Below, in pieces: positions 12,684 through 22,414 of a DNA stretch of 64,000 bases. The notes under the pieces are model-generated. The model had not been told where the DNA came from, did no database searches, and worked only from the letters and a program-made list of their open reading frames with translations. Position 1 is the stretch's first letter, and the number at the start of each line of letters is the position of its first letter. A program made the translations under genes and the position numbers. Source of the DNA: Candidatus Sungiibacteriota bacterium (GTDB lineage: Bacteria > Patescibacteriota > Minisyncoccia > Sungbacterales > SURF-37); NCBI GenBank assembly GCA_016186145.1, contig JACPMF010000009.1, positions 17,505-81,504 on the forward strand, in the 5' to 3' direction.

Positions 12684-12839
12684 TTCTTCTAAAATTTTTC
12701 ATTACGGAGATGCAAATACAAATTAAGGAGCCGGCGAGTAACATAAGAAAAATTTGCTTACTTCAAATTTTTCTTAATGATGTTACGAAGCCGACGACGC
12801 AAATTTGTTTGTATCGGAGTTGAACAAATTTTAGAAGAA
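12684..12839. mobile_element. MITE-like element with TTCTTCTAAAATTT terminal inverted repeats
   Basis: 14-bp inverted repeat; GCGAGC direct repeats at 12678-12683 and 12840-12845. Confidence 0.65.
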
Positions 12840-12844
12840 GCGAG

Positions 12845-13909
12845 CTACCTTTTCATCAACAAACTTAGCTCCTGCGGATTCAAGGAATAAATAAGAGCCG
12901 TCTCAACCGTTATTTCTCCTCTCCGGACAAGATCGACAAGGGAACGATTCAGTGAAACCATGCCTTCCCCGGAACTCGTCTCAATCACGATATCAATCTC
13001 ATGGGCCTTATTCTCCCTGATAAGGTTTCGTATTGCGGGATTTGCAATCATAACTTCAGCGGCAGGAATAAGCCCGCCGGAGGCTCTCGGCAAGAGCCGC
13101 TGGGAAACGATACCGATAAGAGAGCCCGCGAGCTGAGCGCGAATCTGGTCCTGCTGAGCTGATGGGAACGTATCAATGATACGATCAATGGTCTGCGCGG
13201 CATTGTTGGTATGGAGACTGGAAAGAATAAGGTGCCCGGTTTCTGCCGCGGTCACCGCGGTCGCCATCGTTTCACCGTCTCTCATCTCGCCAACCATAGC
13301 TACATCCACATCTTCTCGGAACATGGAACGAAGCGCCCGATGGAAACTTGCGGTATCAATACCCACTTCCCGTTGGTCAATAATCGATCGATCTGACGCA
13401 AAAAGATACTCAATAGGGTCTTCAACAGTAATAATATGCTCGGATCGGGAATGATTAATATAATCAATGAGCGCAGCAAGAGTTGTCGTCTTTCCATGCC
13501 CCGTCGGCCCTACTACCAAAATAAATCCCTGCTGATGACTTACTAAATCAAGAAGCACCGTCGGAAGATTCAGCTCCTCAACGGTACGGATTGCGGTCGG
13601 AATAAGCCGCATCGCACAGCCGACAAAACCCCGCTGGAGAAAAATGTTCACCCGAAAACGGCCTTTATCTTTATATGCGTAAGAGAAGTCAAGCTCCTTT
13701 TCTCCCAAAAACTTTGCGTGCTGATCTTTGGGGAGCAGCTGAAAAACAAACTCTTGCGCAAGCTCCGGGGTTACGAGTGGAAATTTAACAAGCTCGATAA
13801 GGCCCCCGTCAACTCTCAATGTCGGCCGCCTTCCGACAGCAATATGCAGGTCCGACGCGCCCTGCTTGAATACCGCCTGAATTAATTCATCAAAAAAATC
13901 TTGTTGCAT
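12845..13909 (-). CDS. pilT: pilus retraction ATPase
   Basis: ASDLHI, GPTGHGKTTT, AAETGHL, AIRNLIRE. Confidence 0.96.
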   Translation of the reverse strand: MQQDFFDELIQAVFKQGASDLHIAVGRRPTLRVDGGLIELVKFPLVTPELAQEFVFQLLPKDQHAKFLGEKELDFSYAYKDKGRFRVNIFLQRGFVGCAMRLIPTAIRTVEELNLPTVLLDLVSHQQGFILVVGPTGHGKTTTLAALIDYINHSRSEHIITVEDPIEYLFASDRSIIDQREVGIDTASFHRALRSMFREDVDVAMVGEMRDGETMATAVTAAETGHLILSSLHTNNAAQTIDRIIDTFPSAQQDQIRAQLAGSLIGIVSQRLLPRASGGLIPAAEVMIANPAIRNLIRENKAHEIDIVIETSSGEGMVSLNRSLVDLVRRGEITVETALIYSLNPQELSLLMKR

Positions 13910-13913
13910 GGTA

Positions 13914-14036
13914 TATAATGCTAATCTACGAATGAAATGCGAATGCCGCTAATTATTAGCATGACATATTCCAGTACTACGCTCGCCCGCTATTCGCGGC
14001 ATTCGCATATTATTTGCATAATTCGCATTATGCTTA
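13914..14036. repeat. 123-bp exact direct repeat, copy 1
   Basis: identical to 16239-16361. Confidence 0.92.
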
Positions 14037-14510
14037 TGGGCTTGCCGTATTCTCTCCTGCCGATTTGCCGGAGACTGAATCGGTCTCGAGCCAATAACGA
14101 ATAATATATGTCGTCCCGTCTGCTGACCGATAACGATACTGATAGTTACCTTGATCCAGCGGATCATGAGGCGTCTGGGCTATGGCATTCTCTCCGGTCA
14201 GTGCGAGAGAAACGGCGTCAGATCCGCTCAACACTACCTCGCTTGCCGCTGTCGGATAGATCCCCCGATTATTCGCATAAAGGGCAAAAGCGTTTTGCAA
14301 GGTTTTTATATGTTGTTCCCGCGTCGCATCCCGCGACTTTGCCCGCGTGCTTTGAAAAAGCACCAACGCCCCTGAAAGGAGCATTCCTGCAATGGCAACT
14401 ACGGTCAAAAGTTCAATGATTGTAAAACCGGAAGGCGGGGATCCAAGAAATTTAAAGCGGTCATTCGCCAATCCTTTTTTCTTACTTTCTTTTCTTCTCA
14501 ATTTCTCCAT
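14034..14510 (-). CDS. type IV pilin
   Basis: GFTIIELLTVVAI..KSRDATR. Confidence 0.88.
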   Translation of the reverse strand: MEKLRRKESKKKGLANDRFKFLGSPPSGFTIIELLTVVAIAGMLLSGALVLFQSTRAKSRDATREQHIKTLQNAFALYANNRGIYPTAASEVVLSGSDAVSLALTGENAIAQTPHDPLDQGNYQYRYRSADGTTYIIRYWLETDSVSGKSAGENTASP

Positions 14511-14515
14511 ATTGA

Positions 14516-16234
14516 TTATACCACTTCCAACAACTCCTTCATCCCCACAACACCTTTCAACGCTTTGTAAAAACCGTCCTGACGGAGCGTAATCATGCCT
14601 TGTTTCTTAGCCTCTTCGGCGAGTTTAAATTCTGTCGGCCCGGAAAGAATAATTTTCTCGAGCTGCGGCGTCATTTCAAGCGCTTCAAAAACGCCTATCC
14701 TCCCCTTGGTCCCCATCGGGCAAAAAGAAGAGACCTCGCCTTCGTAGAGTGGCCCGGTCATGAGCTTTTCAAGCTCGCGGCGAGCGGACTCCGGCATTTC
14801 GGCAAGCTCGTCCCCAATCAGCTCTTTGGCGCGCCCCTCCAATTTAACTTCTTTTTTTGAATCAGGACACAGTGTCCGTACCAGGCGCTGGGCAACCGCC
14901 AAAATAAGCGTTGACGGAATCAAAAACGGTTCCACGCCCAAATCAACCAAGCGCGGGATAACGCCGACGGCGTTATTCGTGTGGAGAGTTGAAAGCACCA
15001 GATGGCCCGTGAGCGCCGCGTGAATCGCAAGCTGAGCAGTTTCCCGATCCCGTATCTCGCCAACCATAATAATATCGGGGTCCTGGCGAAGAATCTGGCG
15101 AAGCCCGGAAGAAAAATCATATCCTATCTCCGGACGCACCTGGGACTGATTTACCCCGGATATATAGTACTCGACCGGATCTTCCAAACTTACGATGTTC
15201 ACACCCTCCTTATTCAAAATGTTAAGAATTGCATAGAGTGTCGATGATTTTCCTGAACCGGTGGGGCCGGTAAGCAGCACCAAACCGAACGGTTTTCGTA
15301 TACTCCGCTCGACAACTTCAAGATTCCGCCCGTCGATACCAAGCTCCGGGAGAGTTTTAATGCCGACCGCCGGATCAAGAATACGAATCGCCGCCTTTTC
15401 ACCGTACTGCGCAGGGAATGTCGCAACGCGAAAGTCAATCTCCCGATCAAGCACCCGCGCATGAAACCTACCGTCTTGCGGAATACGAGTCTCGTCTATT
15501 TTCATATTCGTCATGATTTTGATACGAGAAATGATGGCGCTCTGTACCGCAGAAGGCAACACCAAGGTTGTATGCAAAACGCCGTCAACCCGGAAACGAA
15601 CCCTCACCTGCCGCGGTTCCGGCTCAATATGAATATCAGACGCCTTTCCTTCAACGGCATGACGCAATATAACACCGACCATTTTTGTGATTGGCGCCTC
15701 TTCGGCCATTTTCTCAAGTTCTGCTGCGCGCGGAGGACGACCCACCACATCAACCTCAAGTTCTTTTTCAAATTCGGTCAAAGACCGGGTAACTTCGCCG
15801 CCGAGCGTTTTGTATTCCGTAAGTACGGCCTTAAGATCGCCCGGCGTAATGATGAAAATTTTAAAAGGGATGTTCAGCCGCGTTGCAATAAACTTGAGTG
15901 CCTCTTGCGCATTCACGTCGTCAGGGTTGACCATTCCAATCTCAAGCGACCCGTCCCCGCTTTTCTCAATAGGAATAAACTTGTAAAACTTTGCCGATTC
16001 TTCCGGAATATTCCGCAGAATCTCGAACTCGACTTTTCCTCCCTCGAGGAAACGAGCCGGAATGCCCAAAAGCTCTGATTTTGCCAAAGCGACATCCCGC
16101 TCCGGAATGCCATGCTGATAAAAAATGTCTTCAAGCGGCCGACCGGTTGATTTTGCCTCCCGTCGCATTCCTGAGGCCGCTTCTTGCGTCAAGACCCCTT
16201 TTTGAGCGAGAACATCAGCAATTGATTTAGCCAT
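14516..16234 (-). CDS. pilB: pilus assembly ATPase
   Basis: ASDIHIEP, PQDGRF, GPTGSGKS, LRQDPD, AALTGHLV. Confidence 0.96.
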   Translation of the reverse strand: MAKSIADVLAQKGVLTQEAASGMRREAKSTGRPLEDIFYQHGIPERDVALAKSELLGIPARFLEGGKVEFEILRNIPEESAKFYKFIPIEKSGDGSLEIGMVNPDDVNAQEALKFIATRLNIPFKIFIITPGDLKAVLTEYKTLGGEVTRSLTEFEKELEVDVVGRPPRAAELEKMAEEAPITKMVGVILRHAVEGKASDIHIEPEPRQVRVRFRVDGVLHTTLVLPSAVQSAIISRIKIMTNMKIDETRIPQDGRFHARVLDREIDFRVATFPAQYGEKAAIRILDPAVGIKTLPELGIDGRNLEVVERSIRKPFGLVLLTGPTGSGKSSTLYAILNILNKEGVNIVSLEDPVEYYISGVNQSQVRPEIGYDFSSGLRQILRQDPDIIMVGEIRDRETAQLAIHAALTGHLVLSTLHTNNAVGVIPRLVDLGVEPFLIPSTLILAVAQRLVRTLCPDSKKEVKLEGRAKELIGDELAEMPESARRELEKLMTGPLYEGEVSSFCPMGTKGRIGVFEALEMTPQLEKIILSGPTEFKLAEEAKKQGMITLRQDGFYKALKGVVGMKELLEVV

Positions 16235-16238
16235 GATG

Positions 16239-16361
16239 TATAATGCTAATCTACGAATGAAATGCGAATGCCGCTAATTATTAGCATGACATATTCCAGT
16301 ACTACGCTCGCCCGCTATTCGCGGCATTCGCATATTATTTGCATAATTCGCATTATGCTTA
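16239..16361. repeat. 123-bp exact direct repeat, copy 2
   Basis: identical to 13914-14036. Confidence 0.92.
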
Positions 16362-16649
16362 AAACGGCGCGAACGGATTCTTCCGGCCGGGCACCGTGCT
16401 TGTTTTTGTCGAAGTGCCGGTTCCAAACGTCTGAAGAGGACTGAAAAGAGACCGGAAGAATGGATCGGTAAAGATACTCAAGTCCGGCTTAAGAGATTTG
16501 ATCTGCCGATAACGGGAAAGCAGCTCTGACCGGGTCCCCGCAGGCGCCTCAACGGTTTCTGCCTGGGATCCAAAAAAATACTGATAGAGAAAATACCCGG
16601 TAAGAACCAGTGCTACGACCAAAACTATGAGAAAAATTGTTTGCCGCAT
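16359..16649 (-). CDS. small pilus-associated membrane protein (PilP position)
   Basis: N-terminal TM, GRKNPFAPF end, follows pilO. Confidence 0.7.
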   Translation of the reverse strand: MRQTIFLIVLVVALVLTGYFLYQYFFGSQAETVEAPAGTRSELLSRYRQIKSLKPDLSIFTDPFFRSLFSPLQTFGTGTSTKTSTVPGRKNPFAPF

Positions 16650-16834
16650 GCGAATTTTATTTACGAGCTTTAGCGAATAACCATAAAATTCAGCACCCTG
16701 TTAAATAATTTCGCCGGAGGCGAAATTCCTCTGCCTAATAAAATCAGAGATTTTATTAGGCAGAGGATTTAACAGGGTAAAAGTTTGGCAGCTAAATTTT
16801 GTTCGGCTTCGTCTCCAAAATTTAGGCCAAGCCG
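16650..16834 (-). repeat. composite intergenic hairpin element, copy A
   Basis: shares GGCTTGGCCTAAATTTT.. and ..AAAATTCGC-ATG arms with 29931-30401 and 58086-58302. Confidence 0.85.
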
Positions 16835-16835
16835 T

Positions 16836-17390
16836 TTACCTTGAATAGTACGTCGCTGCGTTCAAAGAGAACTCAAGCGGGCCCTCTCTTGCATCTTGCT
16901 GCCTGGTACCGAAAGAAATGTCCGCCACATCAACAATGCGCACCGTTTTTTCAAGATCCCGGAGGAACGCGCCGAATGACTCGTAACTGCCAAGCATCTT
17001 TAACGAGACGTCAACCGGAATTACTTGCCGCTCTGTGGGAAGTTTAAGCTGGGACGTGGTCGGCTTCTCTTGAGAAACAAAATCTATGCTCCGCAAGAAC
17101 ATGCCGTGTCGCTTGGCAAGCGCCTCGATATCTCGGACAAACTGCGCGCTTCCAAGTCCTCGCGGAACCATGGCAGAAAGTTTATTAAGGTCAGTCTGCG
17201 AAATAGAATTATACTGTCCCATCAGTTCGTCTCGAACCCCGGCAATATCCTGCAATTCGTCGTTTAAAGCAGTAAACTCGGCAATCTCGACTTGAAGGTC
17301 CGTCACTTTTTGCCATGCAGGAAAAACGCCGGAAAAAAAGACGACAACAGAGATGAAAAGAAAGATGATGGAGAAAACAAAACGAGTCAT
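16836..17390 (-). CDS. pilO: pilus assembly protein PilO
   Basis: N-terminal TM; GSYESFGAFLRDLEKTVRIVDV. Confidence 0.85.
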   Translation of the reverse strand: MTRFVFSIIFLFISVVVFFSGVFPAWQKVTDLQVEIAEFTALNDELQDIAGVRDELMGQYNSISQTDLNKLSAMVPRGLGSAQFVRDIEALAKRHGMFLRSIDFVSQEKPTTSQLKLPTERQVIPVDVSLKMLGSYESFGAFLRDLEKTVRIVDVADISFGTRQQDAREGPLEFSLNAATYYSR

Positions 17391-17434
17391 ATGCCAGTTA
17401 TTAATCGCTAATTATTAGGAACCGGTGTCGGTCT

Positions 17435-18007
17435 TCACCGGGGACGAAGTTTTAACAGACTCGACTTGAAAACGATTGTCAGCTTGAAATTAACAAGGCC
17501 GCCCTCATCAAGCGCTAACCCCCCAAAGTTTACGCTTTCAACCTGAGGATCCGCCTCTAAAAGCGTTATTTGCTCGGCAACATCGCTGTAACTTGCGGCC
17601 TTGGCTAAAAGAGTTACCGTCTTTGGCTGGCTTGCATACTGAAATGTTTGAAAGTAGACTCTCGGATGTGTATCTTTTTCAAGAAGACCGAGAACGTTGG
17701 AACTGAAAACATGATTGGCTAAAATTTCATGCGCCCCGCTCAACCGGCCGAACAGAACAAGCACTTGATTAAGAACATCGGGGCTTAACTCCTGTTCTAA
17801 AACGGCAACCTGTTCCCGCCAGACCGACGCATTGCTTTCAAGGGCCCTGCGATAGAAAAAAAGGCCGCCCCACACAACAAGCGCTGAAATAAAAATGACC
17901 GCGGAGCCGGTAAAAAACCACCCGCCTCCTTGAGAAAGAATACGTGCGCTTTCAGAAAAACGAGCCCGACCAAGTTCTTGTTTTTTGGAAATTAAATCGT
18001 CAGGCAT
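17435..18007 (-). CDS. PilN-like protein
   Basis: TM plus PilN-like C-terminus; lies between pilM and pilO. Confidence 0.7.
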   Translation of the reverse strand: MPDDLISKKQELGRARFSESARILSQGGGWFFTGSAVIFISALVVWGGLFFYRRALESNASVWREQVAVLEQELSPDVLNQVLVLFGRLSGAHEILANHVFSSNVLGLLEKDTHPRVYFQTFQYASQPKTVTLLAKAASYSDVAEQITLLEADPQVESVNFGGLALDEGGLVNFKLTIVFKSSLLKLRPR

Positions 18008-18019
18008 AGATAGAGTTAG

Positions 18020-18100
18020 AGGCGGATAAATACGGATAGCTACGCGGACCCATGCGGATCCGCATTAATCCGCGTTGTCATCTGCATAAATCCGCTTCTA
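18020..18100. repeat. CGCGGA/TCCGC palindromic intergenic repeat, copy 2
   Basis: similar to 6620-6710. Confidence 0.75.
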
Positions 18101-18114
18101 TCATCTTTTTATTT

Positions 18115-19221
18115 TTACCGCGAAGTTATTTGTCTCAACGCCAACCCTACGGCAACCGCGAACCCTGGCCCGATATCCCTTAATATCGGCTGCATAAAAG
18201 TCGGATACACAGTCAGCGCAAAAGGGTTCGCCAAAGAAGTTTCAAGCCCTGTCTTTTTCGATACGTAGTCAACAAGTCCCGCCATTGATGCGCCGCCGCC
18301 GGAAATAATTACACGTTCTACTTTCTTGATATTAGCCCGGTTGTACGCCCCTATAACCCGTTCCACTTCGCCAAAAAGCGTATCAACGACAGGGGTAATA
18401 ACGTCCACTATTTCTTTTTCCTCAGGCTTGGTGGAAAGGCCAACTTCTTTTTTCACCACCTCAGCCCGTTCTTCTTCAATAGCCAGCGATCTGGCAAGAA
18501 CAAGCGTAACCTCCCGCGAACCTCTGCCGATATTATTTGCATGCTTGATAATACGGCTATCAGCGATAATTATCGTTGTCGTCTGCGCACCCAAGCTCAC
18601 TATCGCGGTAACACCCTTGTCTCTTCCCAGAAGCGAGCGAGTCAATGCAAAGCTTTCGATTTCAATTGCCTTTATATCAAGGTTCGCCAGTTCGGAAATG
18701 CGTTTATATTTGTTTACTACCTCATTCGGCACGACGGCAAGAAGGACCTTGAGTCTTTTCTGCTGCTCATCTTCCTCGATGATTTCCCAATCCATGGTCA
18801 CTTCGGCCATGGGAATAGGAACATAACGCCTTGCCTCAAACGGCACTGCCGTTCCGACTTCTTCCCGGCTCATCAAGGGAAGATCAATGGCGGTGATGAA
18901 GCTCGAAGTTGCCGGAATACTGATAACCGCCTGCCGGGTAGTTACATTTGATTCGGTAAGAACATCTTTCAGCATGTCGGCAACATCTTGGTCAATAAAG
19001 CGCAAAAAACCTCCGCCGCTTCCGCTTATATGTTTAAAATAATGCGCAGTTTTCAACTCACCGTAAGTCTCAAGAATCGCCCGCTCTTGTTCCTTCCTTA
19101 ATTGTACTACCTTTGCCGCTTCCGAGCCAATATCAATGCCAACATAACTCGGTTTCTCCGGCCGCATACGAAAATCGAACTTCGGAATAGTTATTTTTTT
19201 GAAAAAAGGAATTTCAGTCAC
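18115..19221 (-). CDS. pilM: pilus assembly protein PilM
   Basis: GIDIGS..K, EARRYVP, ISGGGA, AVAVGLALR. Confidence 0.95.
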   Translation of the reverse strand: MTEIPFFKKITIPKFDFRMRPEKPSYVGIDIGSEAAKVVQLRKEQERAILETYGELKTAHYFKHISGSGGGFLRFIDQDVADMLKDVLTESNVTTRQAVISIPATSSFITAIDLPLMSREEVGTAVPFEARRYVPIPMAEVTMDWEIIEEDEQQKRLKVLLAVVPNEVVNKYKRISELANLDIKAIEIESFALTRSLLGRDKGVTAIVSLGAQTTTIIIADSRIIKHANNIGRGSREVTLVLARSLAIEEERAEVVKKEVGLSTKPEEKEIVDVITPVVDTLFGEVERVIGAYNRANIKKVERVIISGGGASMAGLVDYVSKKTGLETSLANPFALTVYPTFMQPILRDIGPGFAVAVGLALRQITSR

Positions 19222-19366
19222 CTACAGAGCTAAGAACTAAGCAAAAGGAGCTAAGAAAACACAGCCATTATTCGGGCTTCCTGGTTCTTAGTTCCTCGTT
19301 CTTAATTCAGGGTTGCGGATGCTTACTTAAGTATTATACCATAATTCTGCGATAATTGCGCATAAA

Positions 19367-19482
19367 TCCCGTTAGAGATAGGAAATGCCGCAGGCATTTC
19401 CGTTGATTATGATTGGTATAATGGCTTTCAGGCACATAATGCTGTTGGGTGGCCAAATAAAAAGTTTAAATCTCTAACGGGA
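19367..19482. mobile_element. 116-bp MITE with TAAA target duplication
   Basis: TCCCGTTAGAGAT..ATCTCTAACGGGA flanked by TAAA. Confidence 0.85.
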
Positions 19483-19502
19483 TAAAAACTGCAAAAACAG
19501 CT

Positions 19503-20210
19503 ATGTGGATAAATCTAACGGAAATAAAGGGTTTTGCGCTTGACCTTGTCTTTCCCAAAACATGCCTCCTTTGCTTACAGGAGAAGGAATTCTTATGTGC
19601 TACGTGCGCAAAAACCCTTACTTTTAGAGAACCGTCGTGTTTCGTCTGCCGGAAACGCGACCTTGAAGGAAAAACTTGCCCTTCCTGCCGTGAAAAGACA
19701 TTGATTCGAAGGTTTTACCGCCCATTTAGCTATAAAGACGAGACGGTAAGAAAGCTAATACACGTCTATAAATACGAACGCGCAAAAGAAATAGCCCGAC
19801 CGCTTGGGGGATTCATAATCAGCGCGATGCAAAAGGCAGGTTTTCCAAGAAAGAAAACCATAACAATCATTCCTATTCCCCTCCACTGGCGGAAGAAACG
19901 CGAACGCGGATTTAACCAAACAGAGCCGCTTGCGGAGATAATCGGCGCCTTCTTCGGACTGCCGGTTCTCTCCGAAACGCTGATCCGCACAAAAAATACC
20001 TCCGCACAGATCGAGATGGAAAACAACTTGCTCCGTCGCCAGAATATAACGGGCGCATTTGCCGTGAAAAATCCAGCCGCGGTTGTGGAAAAAACTATCC
20101 TTCTTATTGACGACGTTATCACGAGCGGGGCAACTGTCGAAGAAGCCGCGGCAACTTTAAAAAAGGCGGGCGCGCGATCAGTATGGCTGGCTGCAATCGC
20201 CGGACGCTAA
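19503..20210 (+). CDS. comF: ComF family competence protein
   Basis: N-terminal CxxC zinc motifs, RGFNQ, LIDDVITSGAT. Confidence 0.93.
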   Translation: MWINLTEIKGFALDLVFPKTCLLCLQEKEFLCATCAKTLTFREPSCFVCRKRDLEGKTCPSCREKTLIRRFYRPFSYKDETVRKLIHVYKYERAKEIARPLGGFIISAMQKAGFPRKKTITIIPIPLHWRKKRERGFNQTEPLAEIIGAFFGLPVLSETLIRTKNTSAQIEMENNLLRRQNITGAFAVKNPAAVVEKTILLIDDVITSGATVEEAAATLKKAGARSVWLAAIAGR

Positions 20211-20269
20211 AAAGACAATTGCATTCGTCCTTCCCTTCTGGTACTTCTAAAAGAAAGAGGTCTTTTAAA

Positions 20270-20830
20270 ATGGAGGCAAAAATGAATAGCCAGAACGCCC
20301 AAGCCGGGGAACCAAACCTTATTGACCCGACAACCGATCAAGACTTCTTCGCCATTGGCCGCGTCTTGCTCTCTCGCTCAACATGCCTAAAAACACAAAC
20401 AGCGGCATTGATTGTCGCCGAAGGAAAAATAGTTTCCTGGGGAGTAAACATGTGCTGCCCGCAAGACCAGATTTACGGCTTGCCGGTATCGGAATGCCCG
20501 CGCATGCAGCAAGAAACAGGAACGTTTTACGAACGCTGCAAACCGATCCATGCCGAGATCGTTGCCGCAATCAATGCGTTCGGCATCAGCCACATCGACC
20601 GGAAAACCCTCTGGCACTTCCCCGGTTTCACCCTAAAACTCATGCACTACGCAGGTTTTTTCAAAAACAAGGAGGCCGTCTTATACCTTCTCGGCCATTA
20701 TTGGGCATGCAGCGAATGCGTCGACTTTCTCAAGCTCATCGGCATTACCGAAATCAAATTTGATAACCTCTCCGGAGGCAAGACGCTGAAAGAATACCAG
20801 GCAAAAGATCTCACGGGAAAGGAGCGATAA
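20270..20830 (+). CDS. dCMP deaminase-like (ComEB-like) protein
   Basis: RSTCLK, IHAE, ACSEC zinc motifs. Confidence 0.8.
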   Translation: MEAKMNSQNAQAGEPNLIDPTTDQDFFAIGRVLLSRSTCLKTQTAALIVAEGKIVSWGVNMCCPQDQIYGLPVSECPRMQQETGTFYERCKPIHAEIVAAINAFGISHIDRKTLWHFPGFTLKLMHYAGFFKNKEAVLYLLGHYWACSECVDFLKLIGITEIKFDNLSGGKTLKEYQAKDLTGKER

Positions 20831-20930
20831 CGGTGAAAAAGTTTTGAAAATGTCCTTCTAATGCTTCAGGAGGAAACCGCAAAATTTTTCAATACCGCCG
20901 CGTAACGGCGGTTTATTTTTGAACGAAACA

Positions 20931-20955
20931 TAAAAAAGGAAGCACAATGGCTTCC
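20931..20955 (-). terminator. array terminator, unit 5
   Basis: GGAAGC..GCTTCC-TTTTTT on the minus strand. Confidence 0.75.
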
Positions 20956-21067
20956 TTCTCACTACTTACTCAATATTATGGCGACCGGAATAGAAAAAAG
21001 ATTCCTCATAGGACATTACTAACGCGAAATAAAATTAAATATGGGTTTTGTAAATTTTGTAACGGGG

Positions 21068-21102
21068 TTCATGCCGCGTGTGGTGACTGATGGAGTTCCG
21101 AT
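21068..21102 (-). pseudogene. glyA 3' fragment (IGTPSVTTRGM) truncated by a MITE end
   Basis: matches glyA IGTPSITTRGM; followed by CCCCGTTACAAAATTTACA. Confidence 0.8.
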
Positions 21103-21107
21103 GGGAA

Positions 21108-21551
21108 TTATTTAAAAATCTCGTCTATAGTTTTTCTATTATGCAGCCCCAAAAATGCGGTGCGCCTTTTTAACTCGTCAAACAAAATCCCAAATTTAGA
21201 AAACACGCTCTCACGCCCAAAAATGCGCGGACTAGATGCATTTTCTACGAAAATTATAGGTACTTTAATTTTCATACCGTCCAATTGAATTTTCACCATA
21301 TGACGATATCCCAACATTGATTCTCCCGAAACACCACGAACGATAAACTTTTTACCATTCGCGACATCTATACCCAACGTCTCTGCGTCAGCCGAGGGCA
21401 TAATGCTTGTTGTTGCACCGGAATCTAAATGAAAAACAGTACGCAGGCCGCGCCCGTTCTTTCCTAAAACAAAAAGCTCGGCCGCAGGGAATACCTCTAT
21501 GCGGCCGTCTTCTTGAAGGCGAAGACCATACGCGAAAATGTATTTGCTCAT
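21108..21551 (-). CDS. retropepsin-like aspartyl protease
   Basis: LDSGATTSIMP..AETLGI..IFGR. Confidence 0.85.
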   Translation of the reverse strand: MSKYIFAYGLRLQEDGRIEVFPAAELFVLGKNGRGLRTVFHLDSGATTSIMPSADAETLGIDVANGKKFIVRGVSGESMLGYRHMVKIQLDGMKIKVPIIFVENASSPRIFGRESVFSKFGILFDELKRRTAFLGLHNRKTIDEIFK

Positions 21552-21751
21552 ATCCTGTATACCACGGTTATCCCTTTCGGCACCGAAACAAGCAAAATAT
21601 CCCGCCATGTAGCGCGGGGGAACTTACGCTTAGCCTTTTTCAATACCTCTGTTGTGTCGATACCGGACGCTACGATCTTTCCACCAACAATAGCCACCTG
21701 TTGACCTCCGTACTTTTTAACATTGATTACGGGAGTAATGTCTCGCTTCAT
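21548..21751 (-). CDS. DUF5678-family protein
   Basis: KYGGQQVAIVGGKIVASG..EVLKKAK; ATGA overlap with the protease. Confidence 0.8.
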   Translation of the reverse strand: MKRDITPVINVKKYGGQQVAIVGGKIVASGIDTTEVLKKAKRKFPRATWRDILLVSVPKGITVVYRI

Positions 21752-21886
21752 ATGGCCTATTATACACAACTTACATAAAAAATCAAAACCCCGTAATAAT
21801 TTTACGGGGATAAAATTAATTTCGTGCTCCACAATTAATCCGCGCCCCGATTGTAATCGGGGCGCGGAATTTTTGCGGACGAAATT

Positions 21887-21910
21887 AAAAAAGAAAGCGT
21901 GACGGCTTCC
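21887..21910 (-). terminator. array terminator, unit 4
   Basis: GGAAGCCGTCACGCTTTC-TTTTTT. Confidence 0.75.
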
Positions 21911-22225
21911 TTAAAACAATTTATAACAATCCACGGAAAGTGTGCCGATCTTGGGTGGCGTGACAACCTCAAAATGAAAACGTTTGCCGTCTTTGGAAAC
22001 AGACTCGATGATAAAAGAATTACCGTGAAGTTCCTTGAAAAGAACAACCCCATTCGCATCAGTAATTGCCTCGCGCACCACCGTACCGTCTGATAACTCA
22101 ACTAGCACTTTTGCATTCGGCGCGAGCTCGCATATCTTTACGCCTTGTACATAAGCCCACGCATGACCACCCATCACTAAAAAGAAAAGAAAGACGGACA
22201 CGGCCGCAAAAATCGCATTTCTCAT
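21911..22225 (-). CDS. secreted small beta-rich protein (array cargo)
   Basis: signal peptide ending AWA; TDANG motif; AAGGAGG RBS at the glyA-fragment stop. Confidence 0.75.
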   Translation of the reverse strand: MRNAIFAAVSVFLFFLVMGGHAWAYVQGVKICELAPNAKVLVELSDGTVVREAITDANGVVLFKELHGNSFIIESVSKDGKRFHFEVVTPPKIGTLSVDCYKLF

Positions 22226-22238
22226 GACAGCGACCTCC

Positions 22239-22355
22239 TTATATCGGAAACTTTCTGCAAAGAACTTTACCTTTCTTAATAGTATCACTCTGGCTGTTTC
22301 CGGTCAATGCTTCAAAAATCAACCTCGCAACCTCTTTCATTTCTTTTTCTTTCAT
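22239..22355 (-). pseudogene. duplicated glyA 3' end (38 codons, in frame)
   Basis: MKEKEMKEVARLIFEALTGNSQSDTIKKGKVLCRKFPI*. Confidence 0.92.
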
Positions 22356-22361
22356 CCCGCC

Positions 22362-22414
22362 TCATTTCATTTCGCGGTTCAAAATATCATGGGTGCCGAC
22401 GCGGCGAAGAACTA
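22362..22414 (-). pseudogene. RelE-like toxin 3' remnant
   Basis: IVLRRVGTHDILNREMK* matches the end of 24472-24732. Confidence 0.85.
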
